A DNA stretch of 64,000 nucleotides from Pseudomonadota bacterium (GCA_018821785.1 JAHJLI010000039.1:8878-72877), one strand, 5' to 3'. Shown: positions 37,481 to 46,904, numbered from the stretch's first letter. The notes: generated by a model not told the origin, from the sequence alone. Translations and numbers: made by a program.

Positions 37481-38044
37481 TAGTTTTTTATTTTCAAATT
37501 CTGAATACGCATAGAATTTATGCACATGTTTGCTTGCTTCAAATAATCCATGGCTTATTAACAAATCTACTGCCCAGATTTTTGATTGTCTGTTAAACTA
37601 GTCAATTTCTTCCTGGGAGACATTTGAAACATCTTTGAAATTTGTCTTTTTGTCAATTTCATCAAAGAAAAGAGATCGAAATATTTCTTCTCTATTTCCG
37701 TTGCCGTCTATAATGGTTACCTGATGCTCTCGCCCTTTTGCAGATATCCGAGAAGAATGAACAGCAAAGTTTCTTGCTTTAGAAAGTAGCTTGACAAGTG
37801 GATCTCGAAGCATTTCCGATTTTTCTGGACTTTCACACCACATATTTTTGCCAAAAATCTTTTTTACGTCTCCATTAATGTTGTCAACTTATAGATTGAT
37901 ATACGCTTAAGGCTGCTCTGAAATACCAAATGGCCATTTGGTCATTTTTTGAAGTCGAGTGCTTTTTTATCTGATCACAAAAATAGCGGCAACGTAATAC
38001 TCGATCAAAGCTTTCTGGCAAAAGTTCAAATGAATGTCATGCAT
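37475..38044 (-). pseudogene. Disrupted hypothetical cassette gene; 5' boundary uncertain
   Basis: ORF 37843-37598 stops at TAG but continues in frame (FNRQSKIWAVDLL...KKLI) to a TAA inside the attC R''; further stops/frameshifts upstream. Confidence 0.6.
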
Positions 38045-38096
38045 ATGCTTTTCTCTTTTATGCAGTTATCAATCAGTGCATTTAACAAGTACTACG

Positions 38097-38135
38097 GGAT
38101 ACATTTTTAGAAGGGCTGGAAAAAGAAAAAGCCGG
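38097..38135. repeat. Direct repeat A flanking higBA
   Basis: GGATACATTTTTAGAAGGGCTGGAAAAAGAAAAAGCCGG; same as 38848-38887 except one T in the homopolymer. Confidence 0.92.
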
Positions 38136-38166
38136 GGTTTACCTAAAGGAAATTATATTTTTTATA

Positions 38167-38463
38167 TCAATGAAGAGCTTGGGCAAGAAAAGGTTTGATG
38201 TTTAGTTCGTGTTTGTGTTGCTCTACTTGCCAGAGATCATAGGCAACCTGGTGGCCCATCCAACTTTCCGGGCTTCCACCAAAGGCGATGGACAAACGAA
38301 ACGCCATTTCCGGTGAAATGCCGGAATTGCCGTTTACGATTTTCGACAGAGTTTTACGGCTGACGCCAAGAGCAAGCGCGGCTTTAGTGACAGACAGGCC
38401 CATGGGGTTAAGCCATAGCCCACTGAGAATTTCTCCTGGATGGGGAGGGTTGTGCATTCTCAT
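38167..38463 (-). CDS. higA: HigA antitoxin (XRE HTH)
   Basis: [11 protein letters not shown]...[36 protein letters not shown]...Q..YDLWQ. Confidence 0.92.
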   Translation of the reverse strand: MRMHNPPHPGEILSGLWLNPMGLSVTKAALALGVSRKTLSKIVNGNSGISPEMAFRLSIAFGGSPESWMGHQVAYDLWQVEQHKHELNIKPFLAQALH

Positions 38464-38471
38464 AATCTCAC

Positions 38472-38750
38472 CTAATGATAATCTTCATAATCAACAACTT
38501 CAGCATCTCCGTTCTCAAACCGGAAAGTCACCCGCCAATTTGCCTGCACGGTTACAGACCAGGTCTTTTTTCTTCCGCCCTTCAATTCGTGGAGGGCAAG
38601 AGTCGGGATTTGCATATCTTCAACTGTTCTGGCTTGATTAAGTTGGGCCAGGATAAGCCGCAACCGCTCGGCATGTTTTGCTTGGATTCCCGCCATGCTC
38701 CCGGTAAGGAAGAATTTTTTCAATCCTTTATGCGTAAAACTCCTTATCAT
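38472..38750 (-). CDS. higB: HigB toxin (RelE/ParE fold)
   Basis: [14 protein letters not shown]...[38 protein letters not shown]; toxin-first order. Confidence 0.92.
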   Translation of the reverse strand: MIRSFTHKGLKKFFLTGSMAGIQAKHAERLRLILAQLNQARTVEDMQIPTLALHELKGGRKKTWSVTVQANWRVTFRFENGDAEVVDYEDYH

Positions 38751-38755
38751 GAACT

Positions 38756-38800
38756 ATTGTAACCAATATGTTCTCACTATGCAACCATGTTGGTTACAAT
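38756..38800 (-). promoter_or_regulatory. Probable HigA operator pair
   Basis: 11 bp inverted repeat ATTGTAACCAA...TTGGTTACAAT containing the near-palindrome TGCAACCA-TGT-TGGTTACA, immediately upstream of higB. Confidence 0.65.
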
Positions 38801-38847
38801 TTTTTGCTGGATTTGGTAGAGAAGGACGAGACAGCGTGCAGAGTACA

Positions 38848-38887
38848 GGATACATTTTTTAGAAGGGCTGGAAAAAGAAAAAGCCGG
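38848..38887. repeat. Direct repeat B flanking higBA
   Basis: GGATACATTTTTTAGAAGGGCTGGAAAAAGAAAAAGCCGG; overlaps the tRNA-Pro terminator tail. Confidence 0.92.
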
Positions 38888-38913
38888 ACAGCTTGTAACT
38901 GTCCGGCTTCTTT
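38871..38913 (-). terminator. Intrinsic terminator after tRNA-Pro
   Basis: 11 bp stem AAGCCGGACAG/CTGTCCGGCTT followed by a T-tract on the minus strand. Confidence 0.8.
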
Positions 38914-38919
38914 GAATAG

Positions 38920-38997
38920 TGGTCGGGGCGGAGTGATTCGAACACTCGACCTCCTGCTCCCAAGGCAGGCGCGCTAACCAGGCTGCGCTACGCCCCG
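38920..38997 (-). tRNA. tRNA-Pro (TGG)
   Basis: CGGGGCGTAGCGCAGCCTGGTTAGCGCG-CCTGC-CTTGGGA-GCAGG...GTTCGAATC...CGCCCCG-ACCA. Confidence 0.97.
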
Positions 38998-39005
38998 ACT
39001 ATATT

Positions 39006-39036
39006 GAAAAAGGCTCGATTTTGGGAAATCGAGCCT
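39006..39036 (-). terminator. Hairpin + T-tract between the two tRNAs
   Basis: 11 bp stem AGGCTCGATTT/AAATCGAGCCT followed by TTTTT on the minus strand. Confidence 0.55.
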
Positions 39037-39044
39037 CTGAATTC

Positions 39045-39120
<76 letters not shown>

Positions 39121-39193
39121 TTAGAAGTATATTTAATGTGTTTCAGGCTATCACTCCGACGCTGTTTTTTCTGCCGAAACAGCGTAGGCGGGC

Positions 39194-39222
39194 ACTATAT
39201 ACCGCAGGGATACAGGTGTCAA
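39194..39222 (-). promoter_or_regulatory. Sigma70 promoter of the tRNA operon
   Basis: Minus strand TTGACA-17 nt-TATAGT followed by a GC-rich discriminator GCCCGCC. Confidence 0.8.
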
Positions 39223-39369
39223 CAGATTTTTCGGCAGCCTCATCTTTCTTTTCCGGCACTTCTCTCAGCCTTCAGGCACGAACATTCGCTGCAAGACTTC
39301 AGCTGAATCTAACATTTTTGCCCACGCCGTTCCTGTTGTCTTTCCCTAAGAGGCAACAGGAACAGCAAC

Positions 39370-40227
39370 CTATTGTGCCGCCTTTTCCTGCAAACCTTTC
39401 ATCATCTGTTCCATCTGCTGCATCATCTCTTCCTTTTCTTCCCGGGACATCTGCTTTTTCCCGCCTGGAACTGTTTTAGGAGCCATAACCTGTGTATTTT
39501 TAGTGCTCTCCGGATCTTTCAACATGGCGATCGCCTGCGTGGCCATGTTTTTGGCAATCTCATCCGACTGGCTGTTGACTTCAGCGGTTATCCCTTGGGG
39601 GTGTTGAAAGAATGTATCGTCGACCTTGGCCTTGTCAACCGACTCAGCCACCATTGTTAAATTCATGCCCATTATGTTCATTTCAGTTTTCAGGGTTACG
39701 TCGGTATCGTGAATGAGGTACGTAGCAGAACCGTCCATTATTTCCACTTTATCACAGCTGTAACCCAGGATCTCCAGGGCATTCGGCTGCATTGCTCCTC
39801 CCATTCCTTCGGTATAGGCGGCACCCATCTTCTTGGCGCCTTCTCTCACCCTTTCCTGCTCCGCCCGGGACAGCTTGTTGTACTCTTCTATCATATATTT
39901 TTGCGGATTAACTGCCTTAAAACCTTCCTGTTTCTGCAGATCATATGAATATATATAATCAGGGTTCTTTATGGTAATGGTGGAATTGGTCATCTTCATG
40001 CCCATCATATTCGACACCGTTTCTCTATATGTCGCCCTTTCCTTGCCATTCTCCCGGACATAAAGAGTCTCCTTGCCCTCCTCCATTCCCTTGATTACAT
40101 AATGAATTGTGGCATCTTTAAAGGGCAGTTGTTTTTCCCACAGAAGTTCGTTGCCTGCAAAGACCTTCACAGGCAGCAAAAGGAATACAACAACCAGCAA
40201 CGACAAAAAAAATCCTTTCATTTTCAC
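39370..40227 (-). CDS. Exported hypothetical protein (DUF4412-like)
   Basis: Signal peptide ending VKVFA; EILGYSCDKVEI and VDDTFFQHPQG resemble the DUF4412-like family. Confidence 0.6.
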   Translation of the reverse strand: MKMKGFFLSLLVVVFLLLPVKVFAGNELLWEKQLPFKDATIHYVIKGMEEGKETLYVRENGKERATYRETVSNMMGMKMTNSTITIKNPDYIYSYDLQKQEGFKAVNPQKYMIEEYNKLSRAEQERVREGAKKMGAAYTEGMGGAMQPNALEILGYSCDKVEIMDGSATYLIHDTDVTLKTEMNIMGMNLTMVAESVDKAKVDDTFFQHPQGITAEVNSQSDEIAKNMATQAIAMLKDPESTKNTQVMAPKTVPGGKKQMSREEKEEMMQQMEQMMKGLQEKAAQ

Positions 40228-40318
40228 CCCAATATTCTGGTGTTACCCACTGGCCTGACCACTTTCCAGTCGATCCTCCAGATAGACAGGAATAAGGTTA
40301 TCGTCTGGCAGCACCCGC

Positions 40319-41071
40319 TTATTTTCGGTTGATGACAAAATTCCCCCAGCTCTGACAAACCGGCATGACTTCGAGGCAATTGATATTGACATGGGCCGGA
40401 CGACTGGCGGTCCAGTAAATGATCTCGGCAATATCCACCGGCGTCAGGGGCTCCGTACCTTCATAAACCTTGGCAGCCTTGTCTTTATCACCGCCGAACC
40501 GAACAATGGAAAACTCACTTTCGGCGAGCCCCGGCTCAATATTGGTGACCCTGATTCCCGTCCCGTGCAGATCGGCCCGTAGATTTCTAGAGAACTGCTG
40601 GACAAAGGCCTTGGTCCCCCCGTAGGCATTGCCACCCGGATACGGCCACGACGCGGCAATAGAGCCTATGTTGATGATATGCCCACACCTCCTGGCAACC
40701 ATGCCGGGAAGAAGCAGTCGGGTCATATACAGCATGCCCTTGATGTTGGTATCGACCATGGTTTCCCACTCGTCAAGATCGGTTTCATGCGCTGGCCCAA
40801 GGCCAAGAGCAAGGCCGGCGTTGTTCAGGAGAATGTCGACATTTCGAAACTCCTCCGGTAACCTCTCGACCATCTCCTGGACCTGTTTTTTATCTCGGAC
40901 ATCAAAAACGGCGGTATGGACAGCCGCAGGACCGAGTTTTTCCTGCAACTCTAAAAGACGGTCGCTCCGTCTTCCGGTGAGGATCAGTTTCCAGCCATTA
41001 TGGCTGAACAGTTCGGCGCTCGCCCTGCCAAATCCCGAGGTTGCACCGGTTATGAGAATTGTCTTAGCCAT
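40319..41071 (-). CDS. SDR, YdfG-like NADP-dependent 3-hydroxy acid dehydrogenase
   Basis: TGATSGFG, LLNNAGLALG, YPGGNAYGGTK, RVTNIEPGLAESEFS, PAHVNINCLEVMP. Confidence 0.88.
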   Translation of the reverse strand: MAKTILITGATSGFGRASAELFSHNGWKLILTGRRSDRLLELQEKLGPAAVHTAVFDVRDKKQVQEMVERLPEEFRNVDILLNNAGLALGLGPAHETDLDEWETMVDTNIKGMLYMTRLLLPGMVARRCGHIINIGSIAASWPYPGGNAYGGTKAFVQQFSRNLRADLHGTGIRVTNIEPGLAESEFSIVRFGGDKDKAAKVYEGTEPLTPVDIAEIIYWTASRPAHVNINCLEVMPVCQSWGNFVINRK

Positions 41072-41243
41072 TTCATCCTCTCATCGTGTCAGTTGGTGTG
41101 TTGTATTATCCCTATATGCTAATACTCACTCCGGGAAATGAGGCCCAATCCCCAAAGAGCGCTACTAGTCTTACCTCAATCCCAGGAAAATCTCAATTCA
41201 ATCCCGGCTCTGGAAAAAGAAGAGGCCTGCTTTCTTTGCCAGA

Positions 41244-42185
41244 TCAGCCGGCAACAGCAAAGCGGGCGATGGACGAGAGCATCTCGGTAAAGCGGGGATT
41301 GGCCCGCTCCAGGGGGACGGGTCCCCGCTCTGCCCCAAGGGCATGGATCGGGTTTTGCAAAACCACACAGGCATGATCGACGTGATCGGTCACCGGAATG
41401 ATAAAGGGAACAAACCGGTTGTCGGGGGTCCGCCGCTGTAGTTCGCGCAATTTCTCAAGACTGATGACCTTGTCGGATTCGCTCCAGGCGGCAAAAATTC
41501 GTCTGGCCGAGTTGGAGGCACAGTCAAACTGCTGCGACAACTGATTGATTTTCATAATAAGACAGGACAACTCCGCGGCGCTGTTGAGACTGACCCGGTC
41601 GTAGCGATAAGGATTGTTGCCGACCAAGGGCCAGTTTCTGTCAAGCCTGCCGACCAGCGGCAGGCGTAACAGCCATTCCTTTAACCAGCCGGGAATACCA
41701 CACGGGCCTGACGGTAATCCAAGAGCCGCCGAGAAAAGGTAAAGGTCACCGGTAATCCTAGTGTCGGTACCAGCCAGGAAGTAGCCGAGAGCTCCGCCCG
41801 TCGACAAACCACCGATGGAAACCCTTTCCGCGCCCCTGGTCGCGCAATCGATGGCAAAGCGAACGTTTTCAAGCCACTGGGTGTGCGCCACCCCGGCCAT
41901 ACCCTGCGGGGATTTCAACCCATGGCATTGTAAAAGAGGAATGTAGACATCGTACCCCAGTGAACTATAAAAAAAATCGCCGATGGCACTCATGAAATAC
42001 GGGGAGTCGGTCAAACCATGGACCAAGACAATAGCCCGTTCGGTACCGGAGGCCTGCAGCATTTTCCGGGGGTGACAGCCATCACGGACGGTTTCGGTGG
42101 AAAATGGCGGGAATGCCTGATAATATTCCGGCCATAGCCACTGACTGTGATTTTCCCGGGACCAGGCAGATTTCTGCATGTTCAT
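41244..42185 (-). CDS. Alpha/beta hydrolase (esterase/lipase)
   Basis: VHGLTDSP, intact nucleophile elbow GGLSTGG, SESDKVI, VDHACV. Confidence 0.85.
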   Translation of the reverse strand: MNMQKSAWSRENHSQWLWPEYYQAFPPFSTETVRDGCHPRKMLQASGTERAIVLVHGLTDSPYFMSAIGDFFYSSLGYDVYIPLLQCHGLKSPQGMAGVAHTQWLENVRFAIDCATRGAERVSIGGLSTGGALGYFLAGTDTRITGDLYLFSAALGLPSGPCGIPGWLKEWLLRLPLVGRLDRNWPLVGNNPYRYDRVSLNSAAELSCLIMKINQLSQQFDCASNSARRIFAAWSESDKVISLEKLRELQRRTPDNRFVPFIIPVTDHVDHACVVLQNPIHALGAERGPVPLERANPRFTEMLSSIARFAVAG

Positions 42186-42215
42186 ATCCCCTTCTCCCGA
42201 ACTGTCTCAACCATT

Positions 42216-44381
42216 TTACAATCCATCGATAAAAGCGGCGATTTTTGCAAACACTTTACCGGCCCCCTCGCCATTGACAAGAATATGCCGATCATCACTG
42301 AGCAGGCAAAATTCCTTAGAGGCCGAACCAATAGCGGCAAACAGCTGCTGCGAGCCTTTAGGATCGACCACCGGGTTTTTCTCCGCCTGAAGGATGAGGG
42401 CCGGTTTTTTTATGGTGTCGTATCTCTCTTCAATAGATTCGAGGAACTCACCGACCTCCATTATCCCGGAAACAGGGTTTCGTGTATAGCTGCTCTTATG
42501 GGATTCTCCTGGGAGGTCGAGGAAATCAACATTTTTTTCCTCCCGCTTCATCTTGTTGAGGAGCCGATTCCAAACATCCGTCGCCGGTATAATCCTGCTT
42601 GAATAATTCTTAAGAGCAAGAGGCGGGCTTATGGCGAAGACACCGGCCAGGGTATCACTCTCAACCCGCCCTGCCAGATCAAGGACCAGATTACCACCAA
42701 AAGCTATGCCCCCAAGAACGACCCGCTGGCAGATGGTGCTCATCAGTACATAGCCGTTTTCAACAGCTTCCACCCACTCTCGGTATTTCCTGGTAGCAAG
42801 ATCCTCCGCCGAGGTGCCATGGCCTGGCAACCGTGGGGCAAACACCCATACCCCGCGCCGCCTAAGATATCCGGCGAGGTCCCGCACTTGTTCAGGGGAG
42901 GAAAAATAGCTATGTACCAGAACCACCCCGAGTTTGCGGCGCCATGCAGGTAGGAGAAACGATTGCCCGACGTCCTTCGGTCCGGCAGCAAGATTTGGGT
43001 TAAATGCCCGGCCCTCAGCATACCTGAGCTTTTCGCACTTCAGGAGGTAGCGAATCAAAGCAATCTTAATAAGCGGCGATGGCAGCCAGGCCAACCGCCG
43101 CAGCAACGCAGAGAGCTTTTGCAGGGGCTCGACCTCATTGGCCATAACCTCCACCGGATTGTCTATCCGGCCCCTCTGGACACTCAACGGTCCGGACAGC
43201 TTGCAACGATCACACACCAGATTCTCACCGAGTTTTTTGACAACACCCTTTTCCTCGGCCAACTTGAAAAAATTCGCATATTTGCGAAAACGATCATCGG
43301 TCAGCAGATGGGCCTGATTCTCATAGAGAGACCGGTGCAGAAAAAAGATGTCCTTGCCATCTTCCTTGCCGGTAACCAGGGAGGCGGCATAAAAGATGCG
43401 GCGCTTTAACTCACTCTCCTTTATCTGCTTAAATGGGTACATCCGCAAAAAGGCAGCCATGAGATGCTCATGGTTGATCGTGGTCATGGCGTAAATGTCG
43501 TGCATATATTGCTGCATGATCCGGTAGGCTGTGCTGCGCATCTTGCCTTTCAGTTCGGGGGAAACCGAATAGCCTTTTATACCCTGGCGCCCCATGTCCT
43601 CCTGCAGCCACTCTTGCTGGAGATGTTCAGTCATTTTGATGGGCTTGCCGAAGCGGATGTCGAGATCGACACCGGAGAGCAGCATGGTGCCTTCAGTCAT
43701 TATCTCCTCCACCATCCTCTCCGACATGTCCTTGACCAGCTTGCCCACGATATTCAGGGCAATATTCTCGGCTGTGCGAATTGGGTAATAGGTGAGATTG
43801 ACCGGCACGATGGTCGTCGGCAGCGTTACGATCTCGTCAAGCGATGCAATACCGAGGGCTTCGAGCATCTGCCGCAGCCTCCCAGGATCCGTACGCGCAC
43901 TTTGCAGAAGATGGGTGCGATACAACTCAGCCCTGAGCGCCAGGGCAGCGGCTCCGGTGTGGGGCTCGTGCATTCCATTGGGAGCGGCAACCATATACCG
44001 GCCGCCCTCCATGATTTTTTTGGTTTTGACCATGCTGCCCTCTGGAAAAATGATCCAGTCGGCTGCACCTGTAAGCAGATTCTTGACAATCAGTTCATCG
44101 CGTTTCGGATCGTCGGTGGAGATGACCCCCACCATATCAAAAAATTTTTCCAGACCGCCTTTAAAGAGCGATGCCGCGGCCAGAGAAAAAACCGGTTTAT
44201 GGGTCAGCTTATAGATATAATAGGGCAGCAGGAGGGTTTCGATCCTGGTGAAATGGTTCATCACGAAGATAATCGGGCCGGTCGGAAGATTCTCCTGGCC
44301 GTGGATGAAGATATTGGCTTTAGAAAGGCTGGAAAAAACCTTGATCGCCAGGCCGGTTGTAAGGTATGCGGATCTAATCAT
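42216..44381 (-). CDS. PlsC-like acyltransferase fused to a C-terminal alpha/beta hydrolase-fold domain
   Basis: NHFTRIET, IIFPEG, IVPVNLTY; C-terminal PRLPGHGTS...GGIAFGG...HILV. Confidence 0.85.
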   Translation of the reverse strand: MIRSAYLTTGLAIKVFSSLSKANIFIHGQENLPTGPIIFVMNHFTRIETLLLPYYIYKLTHKPVFSLAAASLFKGGLEKFFDMVGVISTDDPKRDELIVKNLLTGAADWIIFPEGSMVKTKKIMEGGRYMVAAPNGMHEPHTGAAALALRAELYRTHLLQSARTDPGRLRQMLEALGIASLDEIVTLPTTIVPVNLTYYPIRTAENIALNIVGKLVKDMSERMVEEIMTEGTMLLSGVDLDIRFGKPIKMTEHLQQEWLQEDMGRQGIKGYSVSPELKGKMRSTAYRIMQQYMHDIYAMTTINHEHLMAAFLRMYPFKQIKESELKRRIFYAASLVTGKEDGKDIFFLHRSLYENQAHLLTDDRFRKYANFFKLAEEKGVVKKLGENLVCDRCKLSGPLSVQRGRIDNPVEVMANEVEPLQKLSALLRRLAWLPSPLIKIALIRYLLKCEKLRYAEGRAFNPNLAAGPKDVGQSFLLPAWRRKLGVVLVHSYFSSPEQVRDLAGYLRRRGVWVFAPRLPGHGTSAEDLATRKYREWVEAVENGYVLMSTICQRVVLGGIAFGGNLVLDLAGRVESDTLAGVFAISPPLALKNYSSRIIPATDVWNRLLNKMKREEKNVDFLDLPGESHKSSYTRNPVSGIMEVGEFLESIEERYDTIKKPALILQAEKNPVVDPKGSQQLFAAIGSASKEFCLLSDDRHILVNGEGAGKVFAKIAAFIDGL

Positions 44382-44499
44382 AAAAACTCCCGATAAGCGG
44401 TGCTGCCGTTCCGGAAAACCACATGAAATTTCAGTATATTATATTGTAGAAGGATTTGCCTGCAGGGTCAAGAAGAGATCCGAACGATCGGATCTTACA

Positions 44500-44528
44500 T
44501 TGCATTTTCAAGGCTTGTCCCCTATAAT
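44500..44528 (+). promoter_or_regulatory. Sigma70 promoter of the cyclodeaminase-arginase operon
   Basis: TTGCAT (44500-44505), 17 nt spacer, TATAAT (44523-44528). Confidence 0.7.
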
Positions 44529-44534
44529 GACAGA

Positions 44535-44548
44535 GATTGTATACAATC
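44535..44548. promoter_or_regulatory. Perfect 14 bp palindrome, probable GntR-family operator
   Basis: GATTGTATACAATC at the expected +1 position of the promoter above. Confidence 0.65.
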
Positions 44549-44603
44549 ACCCGGTACGCACTCTTCGGGGTGACAAAAAATATCTCCTACCAAGAGGTCA
44601 ATC

Positions 44604-45701
44604 ATGAAACTGAATTTCATCTATACCCCACCGGATTTCAGCGGGACCCGCCTGCAAAACAGTCCGGCCGCAACCCTTAATGCCGCACCCGCCGACGGAA
44701 TCGCTCCGGACAACTACCATGCAACATCGAACCATCCGGAATATATAAAAATTGATGAGAAAACCTGGGTCCTCGCCCCGGAAAGCCGCATGGACGCAGT
44801 CTTCGTCGTGAAAGACGGCGCCATTGATGTCGTTGAGGCCAGACGCCTGAAAAAAGGCGATATGGTCGTCACCGGCAGAACAGAAAACGGCGAAGAAGGC
44901 ATCCTCGTCCACGAAAGAGGCTTTGAGCAGGTTTCCACCAACGCCGACAAGTTTTCCTTTCGTTCCAGGGGTACCCGGGAGACACCCTTTTCCTACTCCT
45001 ATGACGCCCTTTACGAAATTCTGAAACATGACCGTGACAATGGCCATATCGTCTGGGTCCTCGGCCCCGCTGTGGCCTTCGACAAGGACTCCCGAGCGGC
45101 CATGCAGGGCCTGATCGAAAACGGCTTCTGCCAAGCCCTGATGGCCGGCAACGCCCTGGCCACCCACGATATCGAAGCAGCAATCTACAATACCGGACTG
45201 GGTCAGAACATCTACACCCAGACCCTCCAGCCGATGGGCCATTACAACCATCTCGACATCCTCAACTCAGTACGCAGCGCAGGTTCCATAGCAAGGGCGA
45301 TCGAGACACTCGGTATCGACAACGGCATCATGTATGCCTGTGAGAAAAACAACATTCCCTATGTCCTGGCCGGTTCCATTCGCGACGATGGCCCACTGCC
45401 TGAGACCGTCGGCAATGTCTATAACTCGCAGGATCTCATGCGCGTCCATGCCCGGAGGGCGACAACCGTCATCACCATGGCGACGCAACTGCACTCCATT
45501 GCCTTTGGCAATATGACCCCCGGCTACAAGGTACTGGAAGACGGCTCTGTTCGTCCGGTCTATTTTTATGTGGTGGATATGTCGGAATTCAGCGCCGACA
45601 AGCTGGCCAACCGCGGTTCGGCCCAGGCCCAGGCCATCCTGACCAATGTCCAGGACTTCATTGTCAACCTGTGGAACCACCTGAAAAAAGAGCAACCATG
45701 A
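44604..45701 (+). CDS. LOR/SDH-like protein, probable AgrE/ArgZ-C-terminal-type ornithine cyclodeaminase
   Basis: AP.DGIAPDNYHATSNHP, VLGPAV, LMAGNALATHDIE, VLAGSIRDDGPLP, ATQLHSIAFGNMTP, KLANRGS, TNVQDFI. Confidence 0.75.
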   Translation: MKLNFIYTPPDFSGTRLQNSPAATLNAAPADGIAPDNYHATSNHPEYIKIDEKTWVLAPESRMDAVFVVKDGAIDVVEARRLKKGDMVVTGRTENGEEGILVHERGFEQVSTNADKFSFRSRGTRETPFSYSYDALYEILKHDRDNGHIVWVLGPAVAFDKDSRAAMQGLIENGFCQALMAGNALATHDIEAAIYNTGLGQNIYTQTLQPMGHYNHLDILNSVRSAGSIARAIETLGIDNGIMYACEKNNIPYVLAGSIRDDGPLPETVGNVYNSQDLMRVHARRATTVITMATQLHSIAFGNMTPGYKVLEDGSVRPVYFYVVDMSEFSADKLANRGSAQAQAILTNVQDFIVNLWNHLKKEQP

Positions 45702-46588
45702 AAAAGACCATCCGTATCATCGGAGTGCCCATGGACCTCGGACAAAATCACCGCGGGGTGGACATGGGGCCGAGCGCAGTGCGCTACGCCAACCTGGCCG
45801 GCAGCCTGCGGGATCTCGGCCACACTACCATCGACAGCGGCGATATCTCTATACCCGGCCATTACGTCCTCGCCAACACCAGTCTGCAGGAACGGCTGCC
45901 GCATATCTGCAAGGCCTGCGAAAGTGCCTATGAACTCGGCAGAAAAGCCTTTGCCGCGGGAGAAATCCCGATTTTTCTCGGCGGCGATCATTCGGCCTCC
46001 ATCGGCACCGTGGGCGGCGTCACCGACGGGACGGAGATCGGTCTTATCTGGATAGATGCACACGGCGATTTCAACACCCATGAAACTTCCTACACCCAGA
46101 ACGTCCACGGTATGGCCCTGGCGGTACTGCTGGGCCTTGGCCCAAAAGAGCTGGTCGATGTCGGCAGACCGGGGCCAAAGGTGAAATCCGAGAATGTCGT
46201 GCTCCTTGGCGTACGTGATCTCGATGCAAAGGAAAAAGAACTGATCCGCGCATCCGGATGCACCGCCTTCACCATGCGCGATGTCGACGAGGTGGGCATT
46301 CGCGCCCTCCTCACCCGCATCCTTAAAGGCTTTAAGCACCTCGACAAGATCCATGTCAGTCTTGATCTCGATGTCATGGACCCGCTCGACGCCCCTGGCG
46401 TCGGCACCCCATCGCAAGGCGGCCTGACCTACCGGGAGGGTCAGCTGATCATGGAAATTCTCGCCGAGACCGACAAAATTCATTCAGTCGATATCATGGA
46501 AATCAATCCCATCCTCGACATCCAGAACCGCACCGCCCAAATGGCCGTCAATCTTGTCGCCTCCCTTTTCGGCAAGAAGATTCTTTAA
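45698..46588 (+). CDS. rocF: Arginase
   Basis: [35 protein letters not shown]; all Mn ligands present; ATGA-coupled to the upstream gene. Confidence 0.93.
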   Translation: MKKTIRIIGVPMDLGQNHRGVDMGPSAVRYANLAGSLRDLGHTTIDSGDISIPGHYVLANTSLQERLPHICKACESAYELGRKAFAAGEIPIFLGGDHSASIGTVGGVTDGTEIGLIWIDAHGDFNTHETSYTQNVHGMALAVLLGLGPKELVDVGRPGPKVKSENVVLLGVRDLDAKEKELIRASGCTAFTMRDVDEVGIRALLTRILKGFKHLDKIHVSLDLDVMDPLDAPGVGTPSQGGLTYREGQLIMEILAETDKIHSVDIMEINPILDIQNRTAQMAVNLVASLFGKKIL

Positions 46589-46606
46589 GGTAAACGGCCG
46601 GAATAC

Positions 46607-46644
46607 GGTCCGGGATGTGTCGCATCCCGGACCAGGCTGTTTTT
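46607..46644 (+). terminator. Probable terminator after arginase
   Basis: 11 bp stem GGTCCGGGATG/CATCCCGGACC, T-run 6 nt downstream. Confidence 0.5.
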
Positions 46645-46904
46645 AAAAAACAAGGCCGGTGCACTGTCGGCAACTCTACAAGAAAGAATAAAAAACGGTC
46701 TGGGTATTTCCCAACTGGGCCCCCTCAATCAATATTTTTTCATTTCCGATTCAGAGAATGTTATCGGTTGTTGCCTTATTGCGCCCTACGTATTAAATAC
46801 AGCAGGATATTATAAAATCCATACTACCTTATGCAACAGTCAGGCAGTATGCAATCTAGGCCCAGGTTCGGGCCGTAATGTAAACCTTTTCTTTGGAGGA
46901 GAAT

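Noticed and set aside
31336-38900. Prophage or complete integrative element at tRNA-Pro
   Set aside because: No integrase, phage structural, replication or conjugation genes, and no duplicated tRNA 3' end in the window.
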